The notes beneath the pieces were generated by a model. It had not been told where the DNA came from, ran no database searches, and was given only the letters and a program-made list of their open reading frames with translations. The position numbers were made by a program, and so were the translations under genes. Positions 1-757 of a stretch of 757 nt of DNA are shown piece by piece. The DNA is from a phage. The DNA is taken from sequence record DQ372055.1. The stretch is one strand, 5' to 3'. Position 1 is the stretch's first letter. The number at the start of each line of letters is the position of its first letter.

Positions 1-106
1 TGACGACGACATGGCTCGATTGGCGCGACAAGTTGCTGCGATTCTCACCAATAAAAAACGCCCGGCGGCAACCGAGCGTTCTGAACAAATCCAGATGGAG
101 TTCTGA
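1..106 (+). CDS. cII: cII transcriptional activator, C-terminal fragment (5' end outside window; codon phase starts at nt 2; stop TGA 104-106)
   Basis: Frame starting at nt 2 translates to [34 protein letters not shown], which matches the C-terminus of phage lambda CII as I recall it. Not in the ORF track because it is truncated by the window edge. Identity is recalled, not computed. Confidence 0.88.
52..78 (-). terminator. Rho-independent terminator of the oop-type antisense RNA (minus strand)
   Basis: Read on the minus strand: 5'-CGCUCGG-UUGCCG-CCGGGCG-UUUUUUAU. A 7-bp GC-rich stem (six Watson-Crick pairs plus one G-U) formed by nt 72-78 and 59-65, loop 66-71, then a U6 tract (plus-strand A6 at 53-58). 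On the plus strand the run of A precedes the hairpin, so it terminates only leftward transcription. Position within the cII 3' end matches the lambda oop terminator. Confidence 0.6.
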
Positions 107-129
107 GGTCATTACTGGATCAATCCACA
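52..129 (-). ncRNA. oop: oop-like antisense RNA (about 78 nt), antisense to the cII 3' end and the cII-O spacer
   Basis: Terminator at 52-78 on the minus strand, and a candidate promoter on the minus strand that places the transcription start near nt 129. Length and position relative to the cII stop match lambda oop. The 5' end is inferred, not observed. Confidence 0.5.
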
Positions 130-135
130 GGAGTA

Positions 136-164
136 ATTATGCCAAAACAACTCAGTCCTGACCA
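136..164 (-). promoter_or_regulatory. Candidate po-like sigma70 promoter for oop (minus strand)
   Basis: Minus strand reads TGGTCA (plus 159-164; 4/6 to TTGACA), a 17-nt spacer, then CATAAT (plus 136-141; 5/6 to TATAAT). Predicted start is about 7 nt downstream, near plus nt 129. The -10 overlaps the ATG of the small ORF on the opposite strand. Confidence 0.4.
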
Positions 165-285
165 GGACAAATTACACAAAAACATACTACGTGATCGGTT
201 CTTATCCAGCTTCAAACAGCCTGGTCGATTTCGGGCTGAGTTGGAGAAAGTGAAGCTAATACTGAAGAGGAAAGGTCATGAGTAA
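139..285 (+). CDS. Hypothetical small basic protein, 48 aa: [48 protein letters not shown]
   Basis: ATG at 139-141 is preceded by AGGAG (129-133) with a 5-nt spacer. This is the same initiation context that lambda uses for O, about 32 nt after the cII stop. Open for 48 codons to TAA 283-285; the other two + frames are closed across this stretch (stops at 134-136, 159-161, 251-253, 257-259). Composition is 8 K + 5 R against 3 D + 3 E. The stop overlaps the O start codon. No homologue recognised. Caveat: a 48-codon open frame arises by chance about 10% of the time. Confidence 0.45.
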
Positions 286-757
286 TCTTGCAACAGTTAC
301 ACCGATAAAACCTCATCTGGAGGTTGTGGAGCATCGCGTGGCAGAACTCGACGATGGCTACACCCGGACTGCAAATACACTGCTGGAAGCTGTCATGCTT
401 TCTGGGCTTACTCAACATCAGCTACTGATTGTTATGGCTGTGTGGCGCAAGACATACGGTTATAACAAAAAAATAGATTGGATCGGAAATGAACAGTTCG
501 CTGAACTCACTGGCATGGCGCCAACCAAATGTTCTACCGCCAAAAACGAGCTTATCAGAATGGGGGTTCTCACTCAGGTGGGGCGTCAGGTTGGTATGAA
601 TAAAAATATTTCCGAGTGGAAGACGAAGGTTAACGGATTCGGTAAAACATTTACCAGATCGGTAAAACTAACCTTCACCAAATCGGTAAAAACCAATTTA
701 CCGAATCAGTCAAACACAAAAGACAATATACAAAAGACAATAAATACAAATACCCCC
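278..757 (+). CDS. O: Replication initiation protein O (lambda O family), N-terminal iteron-binding domain; 3' end outside window
   Basis: ATG 278-280 is preceded by GAGG (267-270) with a 7-nt spacer. It is the first ATG after in-frame stops at 251-253 and 257-259, and the frame stays open to the window end (160 codons). Translation [65 protein letters not shown]...NELIRMGVL...GMNKNISEW...TKDNIQKT aligns with lambda O from residue 1 as recalled (MTNTAKI..., DLDDGYARLSNMLLEA, LRKTYGWNKP, NEAKLELVRM, GPNKNISEW, TKDTITKE). Iterons lie inside the gene, as in lambda. Confidence 0.88.
637..706. repeat. Origin iteron array: three dyad-symmetric O-binding sites built on TCGGTAAA / TTTACC half-sites
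   Basis: Forward half-site (A)TCGGTAAA at 639-646, 659-666 and 683-690. Inverted half-site TTTACC at 650-655 and 697-702, and a degenerate TTCACC at 674-679. The outermost 10-mers, ATTCGGTAAA (637-646) and TTTACCGAAT (697-706), are perfect reverse complements. Forward half-sites are spaced 20 and 24 bp apart. Position inside the O N-terminal-domain coding sequence mirrors lambda ori. A possible degenerate fourth site, GGTTAACGG, lies at 628-636. Confidence 0.7.
716..742 (+). repeat. Perfect 13-bp direct repeat ACAAAAGACAATA (716-728 and 730-742) in the A-rich tract right of the iterons
   Basis: Identical 13-mers one nucleotide apart (period 14). They sit in a strongly A-rich, strand-asymmetric tract (707-757) in the same place as the A/T-rich unwinding region next to the lambda iterons, which as I recall has the related motif ACACAAAAGACAC...ACAAAAGAAAAAAG. 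Confidence 0.6.

Larger units (their letters stand above)
637..757. other. Putative phage replication origin (iterons plus A-rich unwinding region), truncated by the window edge
   Basis: Iteron array followed directly by an A-rich tract, embedded in the O gene. This is the architecture of ori-lambda. The right boundary cannot be seen. Confidence 0.6.

Noticed and set aside
59-78. Hairpin at the cII 3' end acting as a plus-strand terminator for cII
   Set aside because: On the plus strand the A-run precedes the hairpin and no T-tract follows it, and rightward transcription must continue into O. It is a terminator only for the minus-strand oop transcript.
122-130. DnaA-box-like 9-mers: CAATCCACA at 122-130 and TTATCCAGC at 201-209
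   Set aside because: Each matches the TTATCCACA consensus at only about 7 of 9 positions, and they are isolated. Lambdoid replication is initiated by O at its iterons, not by DnaA boxes here. Likely chance matches.
200-277. An independent sigma70 promoter for O inside the small ORF
   Set aside because: The best -10-like hexamer (TAATAC, 257-262) has no suitably spaced -35, and O is normally expressed from the upstream pR transcript. Not supportable from sequence.
212-418. 68-aa ORF on the minus strand, the only entry in the supplied ORF track
   Set aside because: It lies entirely antisense to the start of the O-family gene and the end of the small ORF. It has no Shine-Dalgarno upstream of its ATG (the preceding minus-strand sequence is AACAATCAGTAGCTGAT) and no recognisable similarity. 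Open frames antisense to real genes are common artefacts. The track evidently lists only complete ORFs above a length cutoff, which is why the two real edge-truncated genes and the 48-aa ORF are missing.
629-634. GTTAAC palindrome / GGTTAACGG as a fourth iteron
   Set aside because: It resembles the GGTAAAAC half-site only loosely and lacks a partner inverted half-site. Noted in the iteron feature as a possibility but not called separately.
637-706. Possibility that the short repeats are a CRISPR array
   Set aside because: The repeats are 8-10 bp dyad half-sites with 3-7 nt spacers inside a protein-coding gene, not 25-40 bp repeats separated by unique spacers of uniform length. The origin-iteron interpretation fits far better.

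Overview
This window looks like the immunity/replication junction of a lambdoid (lambda-like) phage or prophage, with all genes on the + strand. No search could be run; lambda comparisons are from memory. (1) nt 1-106 is the 3' end of cII: its last 34 codons read [34 protein letters not shown], matching the lambda CII C-terminus as I recall it. (2) On the minus strand inside the cII 3' end is the hairpin plus U-tract terminator of the oop-type antisense RNA, with a plausible promoter about 78 nt upstream. (3) A 48-codon, strongly basic small ORF (139-285) starts at the Shine-Dalgarno/ATG where lambda O normally begins; it is absent from the supplied ORF track. (4) The N-terminal 160 codons of a lambda O-family replication initiator (278-757) run off the right edge, and its ATG overlaps the small-ORF stop (ATGAGTAA). 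(5) Inside the O coding sequence is an iteron array (637-706) built on TCGGTAAA / TTTACC half-sites, followed by an A-rich tract with a perfect 13-bp tandem repeat; this is the presumptive replication origin, with iterons that differ from lambda's. The only ORF in the supplied track (minus strand 212-418) is most likely an antisense artefact. The most interesting object is the small ORF between cII and O.
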